From the NCBI GenBank assembly GCA_016871255.1, contig VFZH01000006.1, positions 1 to 56,814 of the forward strand: a DNA stretch of 56,814 nt, read 5' to 3'. This DNA comes from Acidimicrobiia bacterium (GTDB lineage Bacteria; Acidobacteriota; Vicinamibacteria; Vicinamibacterales; UBA2999). Positions 39,162 through 48,233 of the stretch are shown piece by piece. The notes under the pieces are model-generated. The model saw only the letters and a list, made by a program, of their open reading frames with translations, was not told the DNA's origin and did not search any database. The position numbers and the translations under genes are program-made. How positions within the stretch are numbered: position 1 is the stretch's first letter; every line of letters starts with the position of its first letter.

Positions 39162-39383
39162 GTCGCACCTTTCCCCGGCGGCCGGGACACGACGCGCACC
39201 CGGCCGGCCGTTCACGGGGATCTGACGACAGACCCCACCAGATGGCCGGCGCGTCCGGGCATGAGGGGCGATGCGGAGGGTGCCGCCAACCAGAACTGGC
39301 CACTGGAAGCGTCGACCGGCACCCTCGGCCGGCCAAGGGCCCTGGCCGCTGCGGATGTCGACCGGTGTCTTCGGCCCGGCGGT

Positions 39384-41153
39384 TCAGCGATGGCTGACGG
39401 TCACCGCGACGGCGGTCATGTCGTCGCTCTGGGGCGCGCCGCCGCGGAACGTGCGCACGGCATCGAAAATGGCGTCGACGACGGCGCTGGCGGGTCGCCC
39501 GCGGTGGTGGTGGACAACCTCGATCAGGCGTGCGGCGCCGAACTCCTCCTCGTCCTCGTTCAGCGCCTCGAAGATGCCATCGGAGCAGAACACGAACACG
39601 TCCCCTGCGGCGAGCGGGAGGCACACTTCGTCGTACGTCGTTCGCTCGAAGGCACCCAGCGGAATCCCGGGCAGCTCGATCTGTTCGCACACGTCACGCG
39701 AGCAGCGGACGGGATACGGCAAGCCCGAGTTGGCCACGGTCACGGTGCCGGCCTTCGTGTCGAACAGGGCGTAGCAGAGCGTGCAGAAGTACTCCTCGAG
39801 CTGACGCTCGTGCAGCCGCGTGTTCATCGCGGCCAGGGTGGCGGCCACGCCGAAGTGCTCCGACTGGTACCGGCGGCGACGGATGCTCGACCGGACGAGT
39901 TCCGCCGCGTAGGCGCTGTAGAGCGCCGCCGGTACGCCCTTGCCTGCCACGTCGCCCACGGCCACGACCAGCGAGTCGGCGTCCTGCGCGCGGTAGTCGT
40001 GCAGGTCGCCCCCCAGCTCCAGAGCGGACGCGAAGCGCCCGGCGACATCGAGGCCGGGAATCGGCGGGCTGACCTCGCCGGGCTGGAGGGCTCGCTGCAC
40101 CCGTCGCGCGATGCGCAGCTCGCGCTCCATCCTGAGCTCGCTCCGCCGGATCTGCTCGTAGAGCCGCGCGTTCTCGATCGCCACGGCCGCGTGGCTCGCC
40201 AGCAGCGTCAGCATCTGCGCGTGCTCCCGCGTGAACGCGTCGAGCTCGGGGCTCTCAAGGTCGAAGACGCCGATGCAGCGGTCCTGGATGAGGAGGGGGA
40301 CGACCAGCTCGGACTGCACATCTTCCACCGCCGGAATGTAGCGGGGATCCCGGGACACGTCGGAGACCAGCACCAGCTGGCGCTGCTGGGCGGCCCAGCC
40401 CACCAGCCCCTGCCCCAGCGGCACCTCGCGCAGCGCCGACACGTCGCCGTAGCGCAGCGCCACCTTCATCTCGAGGCGCTGCTCCGCCTCGTTCATCAGC
40501 AGTATGCCGAACGTCCGGTAGTCGATGATGCGCCGGGTCAGGCTGGCGATCCGCGTGAGCAGCTCGTCCAGATCGAGCACCGACGACACTTCGCGTCCGA
40601 TCTCGGCCAGCGTCTCGAGCATCGATACGAGGCGGCGCTCCGACTCGAAGAGCCGGGCGTTCTCGATCGCTACGGCCACGTGTGCCGCGAACTGCCGCAG
40701 CAGCGCCTCGTCCTGGCTGGTGAACGCGCCGCGGCGCTCGCTCAGGAGGTTGAGCGCGCCGATCACGCGCCCCTTTCGGCGCAGCGGCACGGCGAGCTGC
40801 GCGATGATCCCGGGCACGGGGCCGCGGTAACGCGGCTCCTCGCTGACGTCGTTCACGAGAATGGGGCGGCCCTGCTCGACGGCGGCGCCCACGACGCCCT
40901 GCCCGACCTTCAGCGTCATCGTCGCCCCCGCGGGATAGCCCACCGAATAGGCGATGGTCAGCTCGTCGCGCGCCGCGTCGAGCAGGTACACGGAGAAGGC
41001 GCTGAACTCGGTGAGGCGCGCGATGAGCTGCGGGATCTTCGCCAGCAGCTCGTGGAGGTCGAGGACGGAGGTCACCTCGCGCCCCAGTTCGAACAGCGTG
41101 GACAGCTGTTCGTTCGCGGTGACGGCTCTGGGTGCGGCGGCCTCGTCGGTCAT
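39384..41153 (-). CDS. GAF-GAF-PP2C (SpoIIE/RsbU-like) phosphatase
   Basis: Two GAF domains; GGD, DVAGKG, SDGIFE and SDDMT. Confidence 0.9.
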   Translation of the reverse strand: MTDEAAAPRAVTANEQLSTLFELGREVTSVLDLHELLAKIPQLIARLTEFSAFSVYLLDAARDELTIAYSVGYPAGATMTLKVGQGVVGAAVEQGRPILVNDVSEEPRYRGPVPGIIAQLAVPLRRKGRVIGALNLLSERRGAFTSQDEALLRQFAAHVAVAIENARLFESERRLVSMLETLAEIGREVSSVLDLDELLTRIASLTRRIIDYRTFGILLMNEAEQRLEMKVALRYGDVSALREVPLGQGLVGWAAQQRQLVLVSDVSRDPRYIPAVEDVQSELVVPLLIQDRCIGVFDLESPELDAFTREHAQMLTLLASHAAVAIENARLYEQIRRSELRMERELRIARRVQRALQPGEVSPPIPGLDVAGRFASALELGGDLHDYRAQDADSLVVAVGDVAGKGVPAALYSAYAAELVRSSIRRRRYQSEHFGVAATLAAMNTRLHERQLEEYFCTLCYALFDTKAGTVTVANSGLPYPVRCSRDVCEQIELPGIPLGAFERTTYDEVCLPLAAGDVFVFCSDGIFEALNEDEEEFGAARLIEVVHHHRGRPASAVVDAIFDAVRTFRGGAPQSDDMTAVAVTVSHR

Positions 41154-41190
41154 CGGGAGGGATCTCTCCTCACGATATACTGATCGGCCC

Positions 41191-41658
41191 GTGGACACGC
41201 TGACGCTGCCGCTCGACTACAGTGCGATCGAGCGGATCCTGCCCCACCGCTACCCGTTCCTGCTGGTCGATCGGATCACCGAGCTCGAGCCGGACAAGCG
41301 GATCGTCGGGGTGAAGAACGTGACGCTGAACGAGCGGTACCTGTCCAGGGAACCCGGGCGGCCGGCCTCGCTGCCGCCGACGATCCTCACCGAAGCGGTG
41401 GCCCAGGTGGGAGCCATCCTGATCCTGTCGAAGCCGGACAACCGCGAGAAGCTCATCTTCTTCACCGGCATCGACCGGGTGCGGTACCGCCGGCCCGTGC
41501 GCCCGGGCGACGTGGTCGAGATCGAAGCGCGCGTCAGGCGTCTGCGGAGCCGGATGGGGCAGCTCGACGGCTTCGCCCGCGTCAACGGGGTTGTCGTCTG
41601 CGACGGCACGATGACCTTCGCGCTGGGACCGGCGGCGGCCACGGGCCAGGCCGGCTGA
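41191..41658 (+). CDS. FabZ-like hotdog-fold protein lacking the catalytic His
   Basis: LPHRYPFLLVDRI, KNVT, EAVAQ and RPVRPGD are present; GHFP is absent. Confidence 0.75.
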   Translation: MDTLTLPLDYSAIERILPHRYPFLLVDRITELEPDKRIVGVKNVTLNERYLSREPGRPASLPPTILTEAVAQVGAILILSKPDNREKLIFFTGIDRVRYRRPVRPGDVVEIEARVRRLRSRMGQLDGFARVNGVVVCDGTMTFALGPAAATGQAG

Positions 41659-41672
41659 GCATCAGGCGGGCC

Positions 41673-41696
41673 GGGCCGGCTCAAGCCGGCCCCCAC
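41673..41696 (-). repeat. REP-like palindrome
   Basis: GGGCCGGC-TCAA-GCCGGCCCCCAC. A half-copy lies at 41751-41765. Confidence 0.65.
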
Positions 41697-41827
41697 AGGC
41701 GTCCGCAGACGTTCCCGGGCAGGCTGGCCTTCGGCTCCGCTCAGGCCCCGGAAGCCGGCCCCCGCAGGGGGCCAGCGGGGCCCGGCACGGGTTCCCGTTT
41801 CGCTCGCCATCGGGTAGCATGATCGGC

Positions 41828-42334
41828 ATGCGATCAACTCTCATTTCGCTCGGCGCCGGTCTGGTCCTGGTCGCGTTCACGTCGGTGGCACTCTACGGCC
41901 TGGCCGCCCAGCGCGGGCAGGCGCCCGCGGCCGCCGTCAAGCCGGCGCCGCCGGGACCGCTGCCTCCCATCCCGTATGACGGCTACCCGGCGCCGCGGCC
42001 GATGCCCATGGTGCAGGCCACCTACGAGTTTGCGGCGCGGCACCCGGAAGTCCTCAGCCACATGCCGTGCTTCTGCGGCTGCGACCGCAGCGCGAACCAC
42101 GGGTCGAACCACGACTGCTTCATCAAGCGGCGCGGCGCCGATGGCCGGATCCTCGAGTGGGATTCGCACGGCTACGGGTGCGCCATCTGCATCGACGTCG
42201 CGCGCGACGCCATGCAGATGCACAATGCGGGTGCCTCGGTCGTGGCCATCCGCAACGCGATCGACGCGAAGTACGGACCGCGTTTTCCGGGCGTGAACAT
42301 GCCCACGCCGAAGCCGACTGCCGCGAACAGGTGA
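41828..42334 (+). CDS. PCYCGC-motif protein
   Basis: PCFCGC, H..NHDC and H..CAIC. N-terminal signal/TM. TAGCAT lies 7 nt upstream. Confidence 0.8.
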   Translation: MRSTLISLGAGLVLVAFTSVALYGLAAQRGQAPAAAVKPAPPGPLPPIPYDGYPAPRPMPMVQATYEFAARHPEVLSHMPCFCGCDRSANHGSNHDCFIKRRGADGRILEWDSHGYGCAICIDVARDAMQMHNAGASVVAIRNAIDAKYGPRFPGVNMPTPKPTAANR

Positions 42335-42376
42335 CCCGAGCGCCGGCTGCGGCGCACCGTGTGACGCCGATCGCGC

Positions 42377-43933
42377 ATGAGCCGGACGCCCGCCGGCACT
42401 GACCCACGGGCCCGGGGCCGCACGGCGGCCCTGGCCCGTTTCCTGGACGAAGCGCCGTTCGGCGCCTTCGTCGGCACCGTTTCCCTCCACGAACCCGGCG
42501 ACGGCACCGTGGTCGCGATGAACCCCGCCGTGGCGCAGCTCTTCGGCGCCCCCGCACAGGCCCGGCTGCATCCGCTGGCACCCGAGCGGTTCGGCGACCC
42601 GGCCGCCAGGAAGGTACTACTCGATCGACTCCGTGCCGGTGAAGAAGTCGCCGACCACCTGGTCCGGATGCGCACGATCGACGGCGCGCCGCTGTGGGTC
42701 GAGGTCACGGCGACGGCGATGCCTTCCCGTCGCCGCGGCGTGATCGCCGTCCGGGCGCTGCTGCGCGACGTGAGCGATCGGCGGCGGCGCGACGACCAGT
42801 CCCGTGCACTCCACCAGCAGCTCCTGCAGGCGGACAAGATGGCCGCGCTCGGACACACGGTGTCCGGCGTCGCCCACGAGCTGAACAACCCGCTGGCCAC
42901 GATCCTGAGCTGGGCCGAGCGGCTGTCGGAGCGGCCGCTGCCACCCGGATCGAGGGAGGGCGTGCGCGTCATCCTCGCGGAAGCCGAGCGCGCGGCGCGC
43001 ATCGTCCGCAACCTGCTGACGCTGGCGCGCAAGCGTCAATCGACGCGGGCCATGGTGGACGTGAACGAGATCATCCGCCACACGCTGGCGCTGCGCGCCG
43101 ACGACCAGCAGGCGCTCGGCGTGGTCACGGTGCAGGACCTGGCGGAAGGGCTGCCGCCGCTGCTCGCGGACGGGCACCAGATCCAGCAGGTGCTCCTCAA
43201 CCTCGTCATCAACGCCGAGCAGGCGATGCGGGCGGCGCACGGCGGCGGCCGACTGCTGGTGCGCACCTCCTTCGACCGCGAGCGACACAGGGTCGTGCTC
43301 GCGGTGGACGACGACGGACCGGGGATTCCCGAGGAGGTGCGTGCACGGATCTTCGATCCGTTCTTCACCACGAAGGCGGTGGGCGAGGGCACGGGCCTCG
43401 GGCTGTCGGTGGCCTACGCGCTGGTCCAGGAGCACGGCGGCCGCATCGACGTGGGCTCGGCGCCGGGCGGAGGGGCTGCGTTCCGCGTCGCGCTGCCGGT
43501 GAGTACGCCGCTCGCGACGCCACCGCCCCGGCCCGTCACGACGCCACCGCGTGGCGAGCTGCGGGGGCGTTCCGTCCTGGTCGTCGAAGATGAGCGCCCG
43601 CTTGCCGCGGCGGTCCTGGAGGCGCTGGGTGACGCAGGCCTGACCGTCACCTACGCCGAGGATGGCGCGCAGGCGCTGGCGCGACTCGCCGAACGGCGCT
43701 TCGATCTGGTGATCTGCGATCTGAAGATGCCGCGGGCAGACGGCCAAGCGGTGTACCGCGCGCTGCAGGCGCTCGATCCGCCGCCACCGGCAATCTTCGT
43801 CACGGGCGAGATTGCCGGCGGCGACGCCGAACGGTTCCTGCACGAGACGCGGGCGCGGTGGCTCGCCAAGCCGTTCCGGCTGGCGGAGCTGCTGCAGGCC
43901 GTGCGCGACGCGCTCGTCGTACCCCGGCCCTGA
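42377..43933 (+). CDS. Hybrid sensor histidine kinase (PAS-HisKA-HATPase-REC)
   Basis: [25 protein letters not shown]; receiver motif DLKMP. Confidence 0.9.
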   Translation: MSRTPAGTDPRARGRTAALARFLDEAPFGAFVGTVSLHEPGDGTVVAMNPAVAQLFGAPAQARLHPLAPERFGDPAARKVLLDRLRAGEEVADHLVRMRTIDGAPLWVEVTATAMPSRRRGVIAVRALLRDVSDRRRRDDQSRALHQQLLQADKMAALGHTVSGVAHELNNPLATILSWAERLSERPLPPGSREGVRVILAEAERAARIVRNLLTLARKRQSTRAMVDVNEIIRHTLALRADDQQALGVVTVQDLAEGLPPLLADGHQIQQVLLNLVINAEQAMRAAHGGGRLLVRTSFDRERHRVVLAVDDDGPGIPEEVRARIFDPFFTTKAVGEGTGLGLSVAYALVQEHGGRIDVGSAPGGGAAFRVALPVSTPLATPPPRPVTTPPRGELRGRSVLVVEDERPLAAAVLEALGDAGLTVTYAEDGAQALARLAERRFDLVICDLKMPRADGQAVYRALQALDPPPPAIFVTGEIAGGDAERFLHETRARWLAKPFRLAELLQAVRDALVVPRP

Positions 43934-43948
43934 GCCGCGCGTGCCTGC

Positions 43949-44872
43949 TCAGCGCGCGGCGGCTGCCGCCGGCTGCGCCACGAGCGACCTGCGTGCGGTC
44001 GAGGCGCGAGCCATCTTCCGAGGGGTCGTGCGAGCGGCCGCGTACCGCACGACCGTGCCCTCCCGCGCGGGAAACGAGCCGTCGTGATCGATCGCGGCCC
44101 TGGCCATCTCCGGCTTCGGCACGAACGGCAGCACCGACGCGCGCAGCGTCGCCATGGCTTCGGTCCCCGAGAGCGAGCCGAGCGCCTCGCGCAGCCGGCG
44201 GATCGCACGCGCGTGCAGCTGCGAGACCCGCGACTCGTTGACGCCGATCTCGGAGCCGATCTGCTTCATCGTGGCTTCGCGGAAGTAGTAGAGCCCGATC
44301 ACCTTCTGCTCGCGCGCAGGCAGCCTGGCGATCGCGGCGCGCACGCGTGCCTTCGTCTCCTCCCGCTCGTAGGCCGAATCGGGCCGCTCGGGCTCGGAGG
44401 GCACGAGCACCGCCGGCAGCGACGCGTTCTGCGCCGACTCCGCGCTCGCCAGCGGCGACGTGGACTCGATGGTGTTGATGCGCACGATGGTCCGGCCGAG
44501 CTGCTTTTCGTCCGTGCCGACCCTGGCCGCGAGATCCGCCAGTGACGGCTCGCACCCGAGCTCGCGACGCAGCTCCTCGCGCGCGGCTTCGAGCTCGCGG
44601 CGCTGGCGGCGGACGCCGCGCGGCCACGCATCCCGCCGGAGCGCGTCGATCATCGCGCCCCGAACCCGGCGCTCGGCGAACGTCTCGAACTTGATGCCAC
44701 GCGCCTCGTCGAAGCGGTGCGCGGCGTCGATCAGCCCGATGACGCCGTCCTGCACCAGGTCGCCAACGTCGATCGAGTGGGGCATCGTCGCAGCCACCCG
44801 GCGGGCGAGCTGCTCCACGAACGGAAGACTGGCAACGACGCGAGGATGATTGGTGCTGGTCTGCGGACGCAT
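43949..44872 (-). CDS. fliA: FliA/WhiG-family sigma factor
   Basis: DLVQDG.IGL, FETFA..RVRGAMID.LR and ESRVSQLH. GGAGG ribosome-binding site before the ATG. Confidence 0.85.
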   Translation of the reverse strand: MRPQTSTNHPRVVASLPFVEQLARRVAATMPHSIDVGDLVQDGVIGLIDAAHRFDEARGIKFETFAERRVRGAMIDALRRDAWPRGVRRQRRELEAAREELRRELGCEPSLADLAARVGTDEKQLGRTIVRINTIESTSPLASAESAQNASLPAVLVPSEPERPDSAYEREETKARVRAAIARLPAREQKVIGLYYFREATMKQIGSEIGVNESRVSQLHARAIRRLREALGSLSGTEAMATLRASVLPFVPKPEMARAAIDHDGSFPAREGTVVRYAAARTTPRKMARASTARRSLVAQPAAAAAR

Positions 44873-44897
44873 GACGTAACCTCCGCCACCCTCTACC

Positions 44898-44912
44898 GCA
44901 ACCACGGTACCA
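44898..44912 (-). promoter_or_regulatory. sigma54 -24/-12 promoter of fliA
   Basis: TGGTAC-CGTGG-TTGC on the minus strand, 25 nt upstream of the start codon. Confidence 0.7.
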
Positions 44913-45042
44913 GCGCTGACGACATCGCTCCGGATCAGGCCGCGATGCACGATCCTTCGCTGGAACTAACTGTACATCCTGAACTTATACAGCAGTTCCC
45001 ACCATGGGCACGTTCTGCACACCATACGGGGTTTCACCAGAA

Positions 45043-45092
45043 TCGTCAAGTTTCTGACGACAGATCCATGACATTCGCCAATACATTGGCGA
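45043..45092. promoter_or_regulatory. Paired palindromic upstream activator sites (FleQ-box-like)
   Basis: TCGTCA-N6-TGACGA and TCGCCAAT-AC-ATTGGCGA, with centres 32 bp apart. Confidence 0.6.
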
Positions 45093-45180
45093 TGCTGATT
45101 ACGATTGTGGTGTCCAGGAAACTGCCGACGCCGGCTTTCTGGTGCCGGGCGGGCAGGCGTGTCAGGAGGACCGGGGTCCG

Positions 45181-45420
45181 CTACTGGCGGGCAGGCTGTT
45201 CGACGTGGGCGCGGATGGCCCGCGAGATGCCCATGGCTTCGAGCACGCTGTTCACCATCTGCGCGGCTCTGGCCCGCTCGACGTCGGTGGTCGCTCTCGA
45301 CTCGAGCAGTTCCGCGTGCGCGAGGACGATGCCGAGCTGGTTGTTGAGCTGGTGGAACAGCGTGCGCAGCTCCAGGGTCGGCTCTGCGGGGGTCGCCTCG
45401 TGCCCCTCGGACAGGTTCAC
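45181..45420 (-). CDS. Stand-alone HisKA/DHp-like small protein (79 aa)
   Basis: H-box-like FHQLNNQLGIV. GTGA overlap with the upstream HTH gene. Confidence 0.7.
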   Translation of the reverse strand: MNLSEGHEATPAEPTLELRTLFHQLNNQLGIVLAHAELLESRATTDVERARAAQMVNSVLEAMGISRAIRAHVEQPARQ

Positions 45421-45629
45421 ACCTGCAGGCCCGCCTCGGGGCCGGACTTCACGGGCGACGGGCGCCGCTCCTGGGGCTCGCGCCACAGGGAGTCGGCGAA
45501 GATGCGGATGGCTCCGCCGGCGGTGCGCACGTACTGCACCTTGCCGCTGGCAATCCAGTTGTAGATCGTGCGCCGGCTCACGCCGACGACCTGGCACGCC
45601 TTGGTGATGGGGAGTGTCTCTCGCTCCAT
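45417..45629 (-). CDS. Excisionase-like HTH DNA-binding protein (70 aa)
   Basis: ACQVVGVSRRTIYNWIASGK..RTAGG.IRI. GAGG ribosome-binding site. Confidence 0.8.
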   Translation of the reverse strand: MERETLPITKACQVVGVSRRTIYNWIASGKVQYVRTAGGAIRIFADSLWREPQERRPSPVKSGPEAGLQV

Positions 45630-45729
45630 GGCCTCTTTCCGGGTCCGGACGCTGCCGTCCTTGCCCAGACTTCTCGGCATCAGCGGGAAGGGACGTTAGT
45701 GGCGAAACGGATTGACAGTCGGGGCGGTT

Positions 45730-45747
45730 TCGTCAAACGATTGACGA
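45730..45747. promoter_or_regulatory. FleQ-box-like palindrome (probable autoregulatory site)
   Basis: TCGTCAA-ACGA-TTGACGA, 20 nt upstream of the activator start. Confidence 0.6.
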
Positions 45748-45767
45748 CTCTGGCCCGCATCCTCTAA

Positions 45768-47165
45768 ATGGCTGCCCCACTGGCACATATCCTCTTCGTC
45801 GACGACGAGCCCGCCCTCCGGGAGGTCACGGCGGAGCGTCTGACCGAGGCTGGACACGAGGTCGTGCAGGCGGAGAGCGGCGAGCGCGCCGTCGAGCTCC
45901 TCGAGCAGTTTGCCTTCGACGTGCTGGTGACCGACCTCCGGCTGCCGGGCATGAATGGCCTCGCGGTCATGGAGGCCGCGCTCGAGCGCTACCCGGGCAT
46001 CATCGCCATCGTGCTCACCGGGTACGGAACGGTCAGGGACGCGGTGCAGACGCTGCAGAACGGGGCCTCGGACTTCATCGAGAAGGGGCTGCCGTTCGAC
46101 GCGCTTCTGCACAGGCTGAACAAGGCGATCGAGCAGCGCCGCCTCGCGCAGGAGAACGTCTACCTGCACTCGCAGCTCGCCCGGTACACGGGCGGCGGCA
46201 TCGTGGGCAGGAGCCGGCCGATGCAGGAGCTGTTTCAGCTCATGGACGCGGTCGCGCCGTCGGCCAGCACGGTGCTGATCCGCGGGGAAACCGGGACGGG
46301 CAAGGAGGTGGTGGCGCGGGAGATCCATCGCATGAGCCCGAGGCGCACGCAGCGGTTCGTGGCGATGAACTGCGGCGCCATTCCGGAAACCCTGCTCGAG
46401 GCCGAGCTCTTCGGGCACGTGCGGGGGGCCTTCACCGGCGCGGTCGCGATGCGGCAGGGCCGGTTCGAGCAGGCGAACAAGGGCACGCTGTTTCTCGACG
46501 AAGTCGGCACGATGAGTCCGGCGCTCCAGATGAAGCTGCTCCGGGCGCTCCAGGAGCGCGAGTTCGAGCGCATCGGCGACACCCAGACCCTCAAGGTGGA
46601 CGTGCGCGTGATCGCCGCGACCAACTCGGACCTGGCAGCGATGGTGAGGGATGGCACGTTTCGCGAGGATCTCTACTACCGCCTCGACGTCATCTCGCTC
46701 GAGTTGCCGCCGCTCCGGAACCGTCGCGACGACATTCCGCTGCTCGTCCAGCACTTCCTCGAGCGGTTCGCTGCCGCGTCCGGCCGCACCGCAGACGCCA
46801 TGCAGGTTTCACAGGGCGCGATGCGCCGGCTGATGGCCTACGACTGGCCGGGCAACATCCGGCAGCTCGAGAACGCCATCGAGCGGGCCGTCGCGCTGGG
46901 TGCCGGCCGCGCGCTGATCGACGTGGACGATCTGCCGCCGGAGGTTCGGACGGCCGAGGATGCTCCGGTGGCGGTGGCGACCGACTTCCCCCAAGACGGT
47001 CTCGACCTCGCGGAACACCTCCGTGCGATCGAGCGCGACCTGATTCGCCGTTCGCTCGAGCGCACCTCCGGCAACCGGAACAGGGCGGCGGATCTGCTGC
47101 GCCTCAAGCGCACGACGCTCGTCGAGAAACTGAAACGCATGGGATCCCGCCCCGAGGTCAGGTAG
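45768..47165 (+). CDS. sigma54-dependent response regulator (REC-AAA+-HTH) with a FleQ-like HTH
   Basis: DLRLP, GETGTGKE, GAFTGA, FLDEV and WPGNIRQL; HTH LKRTTLVEKLKR. Confidence 0.9.
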   Translation: MAAPLAHILFVDDEPALREVTAERLTEAGHEVVQAESGERAVELLEQFAFDVLVTDLRLPGMNGLAVMEAALERYPGIIAIVLTGYGTVRDAVQTLQNGASDFIEKGLPFDALLHRLNKAIEQRRLAQENVYLHSQLARYTGGGIVGRSRPMQELFQLMDAVAPSASTVLIRGETGTGKEVVAREIHRMSPRRTQRFVAMNCGAIPETLLEAELFGHVRGAFTGAVAMRQGRFEQANKGTLFLDEVGTMSPALQMKLLRALQEREFERIGDTQTLKVDVRVIAATNSDLAAMVRDGTFREDLYYRLDVISLELPPLRNRRDDIPLLVQHFLERFAAASGRTADAMQVSQGAMRRLMAYDWPGNIRQLENAIERAVALGAGRALIDVDDLPPEVRTAEDAPVAVATDFPQDGLDLAEHLRAIERDLIRRSLERTSGNRNRAADLLRLKRTTLVEKLKRMGSRPEVR

Positions 47166-48227
47166 ATGCCACCACGCTACGCGTACTGGACGATTCTTGC
47201 GGGGGGGCTGCCGACATCCTTCCGCGCGGCCACGCGGGACGAGCTGCTGCCGACCTTCAAGCGGCTGAAGCAGAGGCACGCCGATGCGGAGCTGAAATGG
47301 TTCTCCGGCGGCAGGCTCTGGAACTCGCAGGAAGAATCGAGGCGGGGCCACGGGCATCGCGATCGCCCGCGGGGGAAGGAACGCTTCAGCGCCGACCGGG
47401 GCGATGACCGCCGGGAGGAAGGGTTCGGCACCGATCGGCGTGGCCCCGACGGCCCTCGGGGCAAGGATCGCTTCGGATCGAAGCGCGACGATCGCCGGCC
47501 GGGCCCCCTCACCGCGGGCCGGCCGGACGCGCGGCGCCGGGAAGGCCGTCCGCACGGCCGGGACCGGTTCGGCCCGAAGCGGCCGGATCGCGACAGAGGG
47601 GCGTTCCCCGCGCCCGATCGACGCGAGAGTGAGGGGCCTCGCGGGAAGGACGGCGCCGGCCGTGCACGCCGTGAGGAGGGGGTGGGCGGCCCAGCCCCGC
47701 GCCCGGAGCGGCGCGGGCGAGACTGGCGCCCGGGGGGCGATCACCGCGATCCGCGCCAGCGGTTCGACGACGCCCGGAAGGCGCGGAACGCCGAGAACCG
47801 GAAACGGAAGTTCGAGCGGCGGCAGCTCGGCACGCGCCAGGAACAGCGGGCGCGGCGCGAGCCCGTGGTGTCGGTGCTGCACGTGGTGCTCTTCCGCCCG
47901 CGCGGCGACGTGCCGCCGGCCGAACAGCGCGCTCTCGCCGAATCGTTCGAGCAGGCGCTTCGCGCCATCCCCTCCGTCCGATCGGCGCGCGTCGGCAGGC
48001 GGGTGCGTTTCGGACACGCGTACGAACAGCACCCCCAGGCGGACCTGCCGTATGCGGCGATCCTCGAGTTCGCCGACCGGGAGTCCCTGGAGACGTACCT
48101 CCGGCACGAAGCGCACGCGGAGCCGGCGCGACGCCTGTTCGAGGTGATGGAAGAAGGGGTGATCTTCGACTACGAGATCATCGACGCGCACGGAAGCGCG
48201 TCGTGGGCGGGGAGGTGGCTGCGCTGA
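47166..48227 (+). CDS. Hypothetical protein with an R/G/D-rich linker and a C-terminal Dabb barrel
   Basis: Ordered N-terminus, low-complexity middle, then HVVLF..LEFADRESLETYLRHEAH..DYE. Confidence 0.6.
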   Translation: MPPRYAYWTILAGGLPTSFRAATRDELLPTFKRLKQRHADAELKWFSGGRLWNSQEESRRGHGHRDRPRGKERFSADRGDDRREEGFGTDRRGPDGPRGKDRFGSKRDDRRPGPLTAGRPDARRREGRPHGRDRFGPKRPDRDRGAFPAPDRRESEGPRGKDGAGRARREEGVGGPAPRPERRGRDWRPGGDHRDPRQRFDDARKARNAENRKRKFERRQLGTRQEQRARREPVVSVLHVVLFRPRGDVPPAEQRALAESFEQALRAIPSVRSARVGRRVRFGHAYEQHPQADLPYAAILEFADRESLETYLRHEAHAEPARRLFEVMEEGVIFDYEIIDAHGSASWAGRWLR

Positions 48228-48233
48228 GCGCCC

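Noticed and set aside
39191-39215. ECF-type promoter GAAC-N15-CGTC upstream of the PDZ gene
   Set aside because: Short motif with off-consensus spacing; too likely by chance.
44970-44992. CTGT...ACAG as a LexA box
   Set aside because: The spacer is 15 nt, not 8.
45005-45018. Plus-strand sigma54-like TGGGCAC..TGC
   Set aside because: GG-to-GC spacing is 9 rather than 10, and there is no plus-strand gene to drive.
45417-45629. Excisionase as a sign of a prophage
   Set aside because: No integrase, att site or phage genes; the context is regulatory.
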